Translations under genes and position numbers: made by a program
Source of the DNA: Candidatus Marinacidobacterales bacterium
GTDB taxonomy: Bacteria > Acidobacteriota > Vicinamibacteria > Marinacidobacterales > SMYC01
Length of the DNA stretch: 64,000 bases
NCBI GenBank assembly: GCA_965237955.1
Contig: OZ250169.1
Location: forward strand, 7,296,001 to 7,360,000
Direction: 5' to 3'
The notes under the pieces: model-generated
The model's input: only the letters and a program-made list of their open reading frames with translations
The model's database searches: none
What the model was told of the DNA's origin: nothing
Part shown: one piece after another, positions 52,058 through 60,931 of the stretch
Numbering within the stretch: position 1 is the first letter of the stretch
How the letters are laid out: every line of letters begins with the position of its first letter

Positions 52058-52845
52058 CGGCACCTTCACGCACGCACACTGAGCCCGACCCGTCCGACAT
52101 CGAAATCGAAGCCCAAGCGAGCGGCCCGAACGGCCCGAACGGCGATGACGTGCTCGAGCGTTCGAGTGAGCCTCGCGAGGATGTCCGGGTTTCTGAGCAT
52201 TCCGGTTCGGTTGTTGCGGAAAGCCCTACGAGCGAGGACGCGGCTCGGCCAGCTCCTCCCGGCGAGGCTCCAGATGACTCGTCGCCAGGTAAGCCAGTTA
52301 AGCCAGGTAAGGAACAGGGGGACAAAGCGCACCCGTTTCAGTCTCTCATCGACCTCCTTCACGACTTGGCGATCGCCGTCGTCGTATGCGTGCTCTTGAT
52401 CACCTATGTCGTCCAGGCGTTCAAGGTGCAGGGTACGAGCATGTCACCGGAGCTTCTCGACGGCGAGCGAATCCTCGTGAACAAGTTCCTCTATCGTTTC
52501 GGAGATATCGAGCGGGGTGACGTCGTCGTGTTCTGGTATCCCGAAGATCCGGAGCTGTCGTTCATCAAGCGCGTCGTAGGGCTTCCGGGCGAGACCGTCG
52601 AAGTCCGAAACGGCAAGGTCTACGTCGACGGCATTCTGATCGACGAACCGTACGTTAATGTCGACAACGCCGACCGCCGCAGCTTCGCGTCGCAGGAGAT
52701 CCGCCCCGGTCACTATTTCGTACTCGGGGACAATCGTCGCGGAAGCAACGACAGCCGCAGCTGGGGCCTGGTGCCGGAACGCTACATCTACGGAAAAGCC
52801 TTTGTGCGAATATGGCCGCTCAAGGACGTAGGCGCCGTGGACTAA
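52054..52845 (+). CDS. lepB: Signal peptidase I
   Basis: GTSMSP, FIKRVVGLPGE, GDNRRGSNDSR. Confidence 0.93.
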   Translation: MTAPSRTHTEPDPSDIEIEAQASGPNGPNGDDVLERSSEPREDVRVSEHSGSVVAESPTSEDAARPAPPGEAPDDSSPGKPVKPGKEQGDKAHPFQSLIDLLHDLAIAVVVCVLLITYVVQAFKVQGTSMSPELLDGERILVNKFLYRFGDIERGDVVVFWYPEDPELSFIKRVVGLPGETVEVRNGKVYVDGILIDEPYVNVDNADRRSFASQEIRPGHYFVLGDNRRGSNDSRSWGLVPERYIYGKAFVRIWPLKDVGAVD

Positions 52846-52951
52846 TCTCCCAGCAAAACTGTTTTACCGCTTCCGCTGCACTCATTAAGCCTTCGGCTAT
52901 AATACGCGCGTGAGGGGGCTGATTTTCCCTCCGCCCCATGATGCTATTCCA

Positions 52952-53344
52952 ATGAGCACACCGGATATGGATGGCCTGATAGGGGCCATGACGTCTTCTC
53001 TCGATTCGATCCGTCACTACTACGATCGCGACACCGGCGAGGTGGTGACGCTCTCCGATGAGTTCGGTACCGGGCAGCTCGAAGGGCCGGTGGAGCGCTA
53101 CGAGCTCATAACGCCGCTCTCGGTGAGCGAGCGCTTTCAAATCATGGAAGACTTCGTCGAAACGCTTCACAACGACGCTCTCGAGGATGAGCTCAACCAG
53201 GTCCTGACCGAGAAAGGCGCCTTCATCAAGTTCGACGAAGCGTTGAAGCACTATCCGACCCGCAACAAACAGTGGGAGCACTTCCGTTCGGACCGCGTCG
53301 CCTCACGTGTCCGAGCGTGGCTGCAAGAGCATGGGATTGGTTGA
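52952..53344 (+). CDS. UPF0158 family protein
   Basis: YYDRDTGEV, MEDFVE, KGAFIKF, AWLQEHGI. An alternative GTG start exists at 52910. Confidence 0.8.
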   Translation: MSTPDMDGLIGAMTSSLDSIRHYYDRDTGEVVTLSDEFGTGQLEGPVERYELITPLSVSERFQIMEDFVETLHNDALEDELNQVLTEKGAFIKFDEALKHYPTRNKQWEHFRSDRVASRVRAWLQEHGIG

Positions 53345-53360
53345 CATCGACTGAAGCTGA

Positions 53361-55307
53361 TCACATTCTTTCTGGAATGGGAATCCCCATGAGCTCTAGT
53401 GCGCTTGTGTGCTCGCGGTAGAACATTTGAACGGCCAGAAGTCGCAGCGCGCGTTTCGTCTCGTCGGTTTCCGAGGCGATGTGGTAGCGATGGTAGAAGT
53501 TATTGAAACGTTGCGCGAGGACGAGCGCGAAACGGGCGATGTGGGCGGGCTCTTCGGTACGCACCACCGTGTCTATTATCGACGCGAGCTCGGTCGCCGC
53601 AAAGATGAGCGCCCACACATCTTCGGATTCTTCGGGGCCGATCTTCTCGAAGCCATCACCGAGAGAGTTAGGAATGGTCACTTCGTTAGGTGAGGCACCG
53701 ACTTTCTGCAAAATCTTGGCGGCTCGCACGGCGGAGTACTGCAAGTACGGACCGCTGTCACCGTCGAACGCAAGCGCTTCGTCGAAGTCGAACGCGATGA
53801 CCTTGTTCTTGGTGAACTTGATCATGAAGTAACGGATTGCGCCGCGCGCAATCGTCGTCGCGATGGCGCGCCTCTCGCTTTCGGTCAGCTCGGGATGTCT
53901 TTTCACGACCTCCGTGTGCGCTTTGTCAGTGAGTGCTTCCAGCAGGTCGTCTGCTTTCACACCGAGCCCCTTTCGTCCCGACACTTCTAGATACGGTTTG
54001 TGCTCTTCTTCGGGGCTCACGGGAAAGCCCAGCTCGTGGCACGTCGCGGGTGTGAGTGCCACCATTTCATACGAAAAGTGGTGCGAGCGATCACGTGCTT
54101 CCTCGGATGCGAGAAGCGCGACACCGCGCTGCACGATATCCTGCAAGTACGCCTGCCGAACGTCGATGACGTTGTATACGCGCTCACCGTCGCCGAACGA
54201 CGGTGTTCCTTCGGTTGTTTCCGACGTCGTCGACCAAACCGCTTGGTCGTCGGGGTAGGTGTGAAAACGTTTGAAACCGAACTGGCGATCGAGGAGGCCG
54301 AGCTTCCACATTTGATAAGCAATGTCCTTGCCGACGTACGTCACTGTGCCGTTCGAACGCACGATGACTTTTTCGTCTTCTTCCGTCGGTGGGTCCTCAC
54401 TATCGGTCACGTCCATGACCCAACAGCCTGCGTTTTTTCCTTTCGAGGCGAGCCGAATCGCCTGTTTTTCTTTCAATAGCTCGAACGCGCGCTCCCAAAA
54501 ATGCAATCGAAGAATGTCGCTCTCCCATGGCAAGAGGTCGTAGCGGACGTCGATGCGCTCCATGGTCGCGAGGTGGCAGCGGACGATCGTCTCCGCGATG
54601 AAAGCACCGAGGGGACCTTCCGGCGCAGTGTTCTCCTCGATGGCTTTCAATGTATCCTCGCGCAGGCGGACGCGGTCACGATCTTCCGCGTAGAAGTCGG
54701 ACATGCGTGCGTAGAGATCCCAGCATACGTAGTCGAACCGCTCGGCGTTGGCGATGGCCTTCACGTCCTCGAGCGACTTGTTCTCGAGGTGCAGAAAACC
54801 GACGACGACATCCGCCACCTGGACTCCGGTGTCGTCGATATAGTTCTGGACCTCGACGAGCTCTCCTCGATAACGGAGCGCGCGCACGAACGTGTCGCCG
54901 AGCGCGGCGTTTCTCAAGTGGCCGATATGGGCCGCCTTGTTGGGATTGATGTTGGTGTGCTCGACGACCACTTTGCCGCCGGACGCGCTTTCAGTCTCAA
55001 CCCCCGCGAGAAAGCTTTCGAGAAAGCTTTGGCGATCGAAAAAGACGTTGAGGTAGCCCGCACCGGCGACTTCGACGTGATCGACTCCGTCGACGGCGGA
55101 TAGCGCGGGCGTCAGGGCTTCGGCGATCTTCCGAGGCGCTATCTTTGCCTTGCGAGCGAGATCGAACGCGACCGGGAACGCGGCGTCTCCGAGGCTCCGT
55201 TTGGGGGGACGCTTATGCACGATGACGTCGAGCTCGACATCGTATTGATCTCGAACCGCGTCGGTGAGCGCTTCCTCCAATCGGCGGTGAAGTCCTCCTT
55301 CTTGCAT
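53361..55307 (-). CDS. argS: Arginine--tRNA ligase
   Basis: EHTNINPNKAAHIGHLRN (HIGH motif), SGRKG, GPYLQYS, C-terminal ERM. Confidence 0.96.
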   Translation of the reverse strand: MQEGGLHRRLEEALTDAVRDQYDVELDVIVHKRPPKRSLGDAAFPVAFDLARKAKIAPRKIAEALTPALSAVDGVDHVEVAGAGYLNVFFDRQSFLESFLAGVETESASGGKVVVEHTNINPNKAAHIGHLRNAALGDTFVRALRYRGELVEVQNYIDDTGVQVADVVVGFLHLENKSLEDVKAIANAERFDYVCWDLYARMSDFYAEDRDRVRLREDTLKAIEENTAPEGPLGAFIAETIVRCHLATMERIDVRYDLLPWESDILRLHFWERAFELLKEKQAIRLASKGKNAGCWVMDVTDSEDPPTEEDEKVIVRSNGTVTYVGKDIAYQMWKLGLLDRQFGFKRFHTYPDDQAVWSTTSETTEGTPSFGDGERVYNVIDVRQAYLQDIVQRGVALLASEEARDRSHHFSYEMVALTPATCHELGFPVSPEEEHKPYLEVSGRKGLGVKADDLLEALTDKAHTEVVKRHPELTESERRAIATTIARGAIRYFMIKFTKNKVIAFDFDEALAFDGDSGPYLQYSAVRAAKILQKVGASPNEVTIPNSLGDGFEKIGPEESEDVWALIFAATELASIIDTVVRTEEPAHIARFALVLAQRFNNFYHRYHIASETDETKRALRLLAVQMFYREHTSALELMGIPIPERM

Positions 55308-55336
55308 GAACGGGATTATAGCGGCATGCGATCAAT

Positions 55337-55380
55337 TTCAGCATTCAGCATTCAGCATTCAGCAAATGCTGAATGCTGGA
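55337..55380. repeat. Heptamer tandem repeat (TTCAGCA)x4 with inverted copies
   Basis: Followed by TGCTGAA TGCTGGA, within the divergent argS promoter region. Confidence 0.85.
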
Positions 55381-55397
55381 GTATGATGAACAGCTAA

Positions 55398-56792
55398 ATG
55401 AGTTCCAATGGTCCCGCGACCGGCGCGGTCTTCAGTCCTCGCCGGAGGACCGCAGCCATTCTCATCGGGGAAGGAACCGGCTCGGCGTACCTCGCGGGTG
55501 TCATGAAGGCGCTTCACGACGCCGGCGTTCGTGTCGACGTCGTTCTCGGAAAAGGTGCGGGCGCGCTCGTGGCCGCGCTCTTTGCGATCGACGCGGACAG
55601 CCGGCTCGGTGGCGATGACGGGCTCCTCGCGCAGGTGGGGAAGCGCCGAGTGTGGCGGTTGCAACCTCTTTATAAGGTGACGCTCGCGTGCCTCGCGCTT
55701 TCGTTCGCCGCGTTCCTATCACCGGTTCTCGTTGGACTCATCGCGCTCGCGATGCTGCCGTTCGCGGCGCTCGGGCGTCTCGTGACCGAATCGAGCGCCG
55801 CGGAGCCGGCGCCTACGTGGTTCGGGTACTTGCTCGAAGCGGGCGAGCCGTTCTACCTCCGAGCCATGGTGGTGCCGCTCATCGTTTTGTGCGCTTTCTG
55901 GCTCGTATGGTGGGCTTACGCCTTTGTGCGCGAGCGTCGTGTACCGTCGCTCCCCGAGCTCTATAAGCTCGGTTCCTTGAGTGCATTGCTCGAATCGAGC
56001 TTGTGGCGGGCGGTGCGAGGCGCTTCGAGCGACAGCCGGCCTCACGACCGGAAAGAGCTCGGCGAAGCCTATCGGAAGCTTTTGTCCGGTAGTTGGGGAC
56101 AGCGAGGTTTTCGAGAGCTCGTGTTCTACGCGCTCGACACCGACAGCGGTCAGGAAGTTCCGTTCGCGATGTTGAAGGAGCGGTTCTTCAAGAAGCTCAA
56201 GGCCAGCCGTGCCGGAGGCCGCGAGTGGGCGCGTGCCGAGCCGATCGATCTCGGCAAAGACGGCGACGCGCTGTTCTTCGACGCGTTGATGGCGGCGTTG
56301 AGCCCGCCCGGGCTGGTACCGAGCGTTCCCATTAAGTTGCCTCTCGGCACGCGAAACGGTGGTGAGGTCCATCGGTTTTCGAGCAGCTTGCTCGCGAGCG
56401 GAGGCGCTGTCGCCGATGCGGTCTCCGCGGGGGCCGAGCAGCTCCTCTTCGTCGCAGGTTGCACGCCGGGCGAGCGACCCTCGGGGAATCCGCTCGAGAG
56501 GGTTACCGAGGCCGCGACCCGAAACGCTCTCGCCGTTGACCTGGCCGAAGCGGCCAACGTCACCGACTTACCCGTTTTTCTGATTCGCCCCGACAAGCAG
56601 CGATTGAGTCCATACGAGATTACCGGGCGGGCTCAGTTCGGGAACGAGCGCCTCGATCTTGCCGCGCTCATGGCCCACGGTGAGCGCGATGCCGAGCGTC
56701 TGTTCATCGAACCGGTTCTCGGGGACGCTCACCCAGGCGGGGGCGAGGCGACGATCCCGATCAAAGAGGCCAGCGGTCCGCACGAGTTGTAG
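55398..56792 (+). CDS. Patatin-like membrane protein lacking catalytic motifs
   Basis: Patatin-like start (LIGEGTGSAYLAGVMKAL...VDVVLGKGAGAL), but GxSxG reads GKGAG and no DGG is visible. Has internal TM segments. Confidence 0.65.
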   Translation: MSSNGPATGAVFSPRRRTAAILIGEGTGSAYLAGVMKALHDAGVRVDVVLGKGAGALVAALFAIDADSRLGGDDGLLAQVGKRRVWRLQPLYKVTLACLALSFAAFLSPVLVGLIALAMLPFAALGRLVTESSAAEPAPTWFGYLLEAGEPFYLRAMVVPLIVLCAFWLVWWAYAFVRERRVPSLPELYKLGSLSALLESSLWRAVRGASSDSRPHDRKELGEAYRKLLSGSWGQRGFRELVFYALDTDSGQEVPFAMLKERFFKKLKASRAGGREWARAEPIDLGKDGDALFFDALMAALSPPGLVPSVPIKLPLGTRNGGEVHRFSSSLLASGGAVADAVSAGAEQLLFVAGCTPGERPSGNPLERVTEAATRNALAVDLAEAANVTDLPVFLIRPDKQRLSPYEITGRAQFGNERLDLAALMAHGERDAERLFIEPVLGDAHPGGGEATIPIKEASGPHEL

Positions 56793-56877
56793 CGGGCGCA
56801 CGGCGGTCCGGGCACGGGCACGAGTTCTGGCTTACGGAGACGGCGGTTACGAGGAGGCGCTACAATAGATACGCACT

Positions 56878-57450
56878 ATGTTCAACATACTGGATGTGGC
56901 ATTCGTCGGTCTCGCGATTCTCTTCAGCATTTGGAATACCGTGACTCTCATCCACTACGCGTCTTATCGGCGTTTGGCCTCGACCGCCGAGCTCACGTGG
57001 CGTCCAGCGCGACCGTGGTTCTACAACACCTGCCTCGGTATCGGCTTCTTCATGGTGAGCCTGACCGCGTTGAGCCTGTTCGTGCTCCACCGGCCGGTTC
57101 TGGCGACACTCGCGCAGGCGCTGATGGCGTTCTATTACACCGTGGTTTTTCCTTTGTCGTTTCGAATCCAAAGAGGGTTCTACAAAAAGGGTATTTGGTT
57201 AGAACGCGCCTTCGTCCCGTACGAGAACGGGCGCCGTCTCAGCTGGCGCGAGAAGCCCGACATCGTGCTGGTGGTGATGAAGGAGAACGACCTCACCGGC
57301 CAGAGCTATGCGCGGCTCAAAGTGCCGGGCGATCGCTACGGCGAAGCGCGGCGAATCCTGGCGAGCCACATCGAGGATCGAACTCTGACCGTCGAAAAGA
57401 GCATTCTCGGCCTCTCCGATGCCGATACACCCGCACAAGAGCAGGTGTAG
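56878..57450 (+). CDS. Hypothetical membrane protein (3 TM plus PH-like C-terminus, DUF5673-like)
   Basis: TM helices followed by GFYKKGIW...VPY. Confidence 0.7.
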   Translation: MFNILDVAFVGLAILFSIWNTVTLIHYASYRRLASTAELTWRPARPWFYNTCLGIGFFMVSLTALSLFVLHRPVLATLAQALMAFYYTVVFPLSFRIQRGFYKKGIWLERAFVPYENGRRLSWREKPDIVLVVMKENDLTGQSYARLKVPGDRYGEARRILASHIEDRTLTVEKSILGLSDADTPAQEQV

Positions 57451-57497
57451 CGACTCCACTGCTTATCTAACAGTAATGGGGCGAGTCATGGCGAACC

Positions 57498-59342
57498 ATG
57501 CAGCGTGACGCATTCCGTGCCCGTCTACAACAAGCACCCCTCGTGTGCGACGGCGCCATGGGAACGACCCTCTACGCCAAAGGGGTCATGGTCAATCGTT
57601 GCTTCGACGAGCTGAACCTCTCGAATCCGGAGCTCGTGCGGTCCGTCCACAGCGACTACCTTGCTGTTGGCGTGGACATCCTCGAGACGAATACATACGG
57701 GGCGAACCGGTTCAAGCTGAAACCCCATGGCTTCGCCGACCGCGTTCACAACTTGAACCTTCAGGGCGCCGCCATCGCGCGCGACGCACTCTCCGATGCC
57801 GGTGGCTCCGTCCTCGTCGCTGGTGCTATCGGACCTCTGGGAAAACCCATCGCGCCCATCGGCACGATTTCGGAAGACGAGGCCTACGAGGCATTCCGTG
57901 AGCAAGCGGAGGGTCTTGCTGCCGGCGGCTGTGACTTGTTTCTGCTCGAGACGTTTTCGGATCTGAGAGAGCTTTCCATTGCGGTGCGTGCCGCGCGATC
58001 GTTGTCGGCGACAACGCCCATCGTCGCGCAGATGACGTTCGGAGACGATGGCGCGACGCCGCTCGGCGCGAAGCCCGAGCACGTAGCCCGGAAGCTCACC
58101 GAGCTCGATGTAGATGGCATCGGAGCCAACTGTAGTGTCGGCCCGGAGCTCATGTTGCGAGTCATCGAACGGCTTCGAACCGCGACGACCCTGCCGCTTT
58201 CGGTGCAGCCCAACGCCGGGCTTCCCGAGGTCGTCGAGGGGCGGGTGATCTATCTCAGCTCTCCGGAATACATGGCGCACTACGCCAAGCGGTTTCTCAG
58301 AGCCGGGGGCGCCATCATCGGAGGGTGCTGCGGAACGACGCCCGTACACATCGGCGCGATGGTCGGCGTCGTGCGCGCCCTCGGGCCCCCGCGCGCCCGC
58401 GTCGAGGTGGCTGTCCGCGAAGAAGAACGCCCGCGCCAAGAACCTGTTCCGCGCGAGAGCAAGTCACGTCTCGCGAAGAGCCTCGGCAGAAAGTTCGTGG
58501 TGTCGGTGGAGATGGATCCTCCCAAAGGCGCCGACCCTGGACTCTTTCTGGAGAAGGCCCAATGGCTCAAAGAGAACGAGGTCGACTTCCTGAACATCGG
58601 CGACGGTCCGCGGGCGAGCGCTCGCATGAGCGCGCTCAGCTTTGCGGTGTTGCTCGAACAGAACGTGGACATCGAAACGATCTTGCACTATCAGTGTCGC
58701 GACCGGAACCTAATCGGGATCCAGTCGGATTTGCTGGGTGCGCAAGCGCTCGGGTTGAGGAATGTGCTCGCCGTGACCGGTGATCCGCCCAAGCTCGGCG
58801 ATTATCCTTACGCGACCGCCGTGTTCGACGTGGACTCCGTTGGTCTGGTGAAGGTCCTTTCGCGTCTGAACCGAGGACTGGATCTCGCCGCGAACTCGCT
58901 CGGACCCGCGCTGCCGTTCCATATTGGAGTCGGAGTGAATCCGGGCGCCACCGACTTCGAAGAAGAGCTTCGCAAGTTCGAGCGCAAGGTCGAGGCCGGT
59001 GCGGAGTACTGCCTGACGCAGCCCGTTTATGAGCCCCGCTATCTCGAGCGCTTTCTCGACGCCGCGAAAGGCCACAAGATTCCGGTGTTGGTCGGAATCC
59101 TTCCTTTGGTGAGCTCACGCAACGCCGAATTTCTGCACAACGAAGTCCCGGGCATGGCCGTGCCCCAGGATGTTCGCGACCGGCTCGCGAAAGCTTCGAC
59201 CAAAGACAAAGCGCAGCAAGTCGGGGTCGACATCGCCCGAGACGCGTTGCGCGCCGCGCGGGATCTAGTAGACGGCGCATACGTGATGCCGCCGTTCAAT
59301 CGCTTCGAATTGGCGGTGCGGGTTATTCGCGGGATTGTGTGA
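57498..59342 (+). CDS. yitJ: Bifunctional homocysteine S-methyltransferase / methylenetetrahydrofolate reductase
   Basis: [37 protein letters not shown]. Confidence 0.93.
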   Translation: MQRDAFRARLQQAPLVCDGAMGTTLYAKGVMVNRCFDELNLSNPELVRSVHSDYLAVGVDILETNTYGANRFKLKPHGFADRVHNLNLQGAAIARDALSDAGGSVLVAGAIGPLGKPIAPIGTISEDEAYEAFREQAEGLAAGGCDLFLLETFSDLRELSIAVRAARSLSATTPIVAQMTFGDDGATPLGAKPEHVARKLTELDVDGIGANCSVGPELMLRVIERLRTATTLPLSVQPNAGLPEVVEGRVIYLSSPEYMAHYAKRFLRAGGAIIGGCCGTTPVHIGAMVGVVRALGPPRARVEVAVREEERPRQEPVPRESKSRLAKSLGRKFVVSVEMDPPKGADPGLFLEKAQWLKENEVDFLNIGDGPRASARMSALSFAVLLEQNVDIETILHYQCRDRNLIGIQSDLLGAQALGLRNVLAVTGDPPKLGDYPYATAVFDVDSVGLVKVLSRLNRGLDLAANSLGPALPFHIGVGVNPGATDFEEELRKFERKVEAGAEYCLTQPVYEPRYLERFLDAAKGHKIPVLVGILPLVSSRNAEFLHNEVPGMAVPQDVRDRLAKASTKDKAQQVGVDIARDALRAARDLVDGAYVMPPFNRFELAVRVIRGIV

Positions 59343-59401
59343 GCGGTGCGGTCGGTCCGGCATACGGGATACCGAAATGTGCTAGCCTCAAGCGGACTTC
59401 A

Positions 59402-60361
59402 ATGCGGATGCAACACTTCGCTCTCGCTGTTTGGCTTGCGTCGACCCCTCTGCTTGCGCACGCGCAAGAGCCCAAGATCCCTACGTTCACCGCCGAGGTC
59501 GATATGGTCTCCGTCGCGGTCGCAGTTATCGACGACGATGGGAACTTCGTCACCGACTTGACCGCCGACCAATTCACGCTCTACGAGGATGGAAAGAATC
59601 AGGAAATCCATCTCTTTGCTGCCGGGTTGAAGGAATCCTGGGTGGGGCTTCCACCGGATGTCAAAGACGACCTCTCGGGTCGACAGGTGATAGGGCTCAT
59701 TATGGACACGAGCGGGAGCATGGAAGACGATATGCCGCTCGTGCGCGAGGCTGCGATCAAGTTCCTCACCAACATCCCGAAGACGGAAGAGCTCTTCATC
59801 ATGGACTTCGATGAGAACATCCGTCTTTCGCACTACTCGTCGGACGACCAGCGGGTGATAGCCGATCGCATCTACGACATGGAGTCCGAGGGGTGGACGG
59901 CGCTTTACGACGCGGTGGCGACGTTTCTCGAGCGCGTGTACGACCTCGACGGGCGGAAAACACTCGTCATGTTCAGCGACGGCGTCGATACAAGGAGCAC
60001 GTTGGGCATCAGAGAAGTGTTCGAGATGGTCAAGCTCTCGAACGTCACGGTGCACTCGATTCATTTCACCGCTGGGAGCCGCAACGCCAACCGATTGTTC
60101 GAGCAAGGACGGTTCCTGCGCAGACTCGCTAAAGAGACCGGCGGCTCGTACGCGGTCGGTAGATCGCTCGAGCAGATCGATGAGTTCTACGACAAGATTC
60201 TCGAAGAGCTCTTCAGCCAGTACAGCCTGGGCTACGTATCGTCGAACCCGAAGCGCGACGGCAAATACCGCAAGATCAAAGTCGAAGTCTCCGTCGACGA
60301 CGTCAAAGTGCGCCACCGGCGCGGTTACTACGGTCCCAAGCCTCCCGCTACCAACCATTAG
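59402..60361 (+). CDS. Secreted VWA-domain protein (acidobacterial VWFA-related type)
   Basis: F-x-x-EVDMVSV, DTSGSM, TALYDAV, FSDGVD, YSLGY...RHRRGYY. Confidence 0.88.
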   Translation: MRMQHFALAVWLASTPLLAHAQEPKIPTFTAEVDMVSVAVAVIDDDGNFVTDLTADQFTLYEDGKNQEIHLFAAGLKESWVGLPPDVKDDLSGRQVIGLIMDTSGSMEDDMPLVREAAIKFLTNIPKTEELFIMDFDENIRLSHYSSDDQRVIADRIYDMESEGWTALYDAVATFLERVYDLDGRKTLVMFSDGVDTRSTLGIREVFEMVKLSNVTVHSIHFTAGSRNANRLFEQGRFLRRLAKETGGSYAVGRSLEQIDEFYDKILEELFSQYSLGYVSSNPKRDGKYRKIKVEVSVDDVKVRHRRGYYGPKPPATNH

Positions 60362-60379
60362 TTTGCTACCATACGCGCC

Positions 60380-60685
60380 ATGAAATCGAAGTTCACCGTC
60401 AAGAACCACGAGTACGAAGTCGCGCTCGAAAAAAGTGAGCGCGGCGAAGACGACAAGTTCAATCCCTACCGCGCTACAGTATCGGGTCAGTCGGACGGCC
60501 CCGTCCAAGGTACCTGTCAGATTACCGACGCGGCGCTCGAAACGGCTGACAAGAACGCGGTGTCCGGCGGCGCGACCGCCGGGGATCTCCTCGCCGAGGC
60601 CTGCGGAAAGTCGATCGCGTCGGAGCTCGTTATCCGCAAGCTGAAGCCCGACTTCTCCTTCGTCGTGGATTATCGCTGGCTTTAG
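60380..60685 (+). CDS. Hypothetical protein
   Basis: 101-aa ORF with typical codon usage and an upstream -10 box. Confidence 0.7.
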   Translation: MKSKFTVKNHEYEVALEKSERGEDDKFNPYRATVSGQSDGPVQGTCQITDAALETADKNAVSGGATAGDLLAEACGKSIASELVIRKLKPDFSFVVDYRWL

Positions 60686-60693
60686 CCCAGCTC

Positions 60694-60830
60694 TCGGCCA
60701 TCGGCCATCAGCAGAGTCGCGTTGCTCGTGCTCGGGACCGAACAACGAGCTATCAACTCCGCCGCTCAGCCCGAAGGTGAACTCAGCGCAAGCCTGCTGA
60801 TGGCTGATGGCTGATGGCTGATGGCCGATC
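60694..60830. repeat. Heptamer repeat hairpin: CATCRGC repeats ... (GCTGATG)x4
   Basis: 60694-60714 is complementary to the tandem array at 60796-60823. Confidence 0.8.
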
Positions 60831-60931
60831 GCCGGATCCTCCCAAATGTTCATGCTTCGGCGTTCGCTGGCGTATAATAAAATGTAGGTAAATTACGAAA
60901 GCTCAGGAAGCTACGACCTCGGACGGCGCTC

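Noticed and set aside
57451-57497. Riboswitch upstream of yitJ
   Set aside because: The spacer is only about 47 bp with a weak hairpin and no SAM-I or SAM-II consensus.
55337-60830. CRISPR array
   Set aside because: The repeats are 7-8-nt tandem units without spacers, and no cas genes are present.
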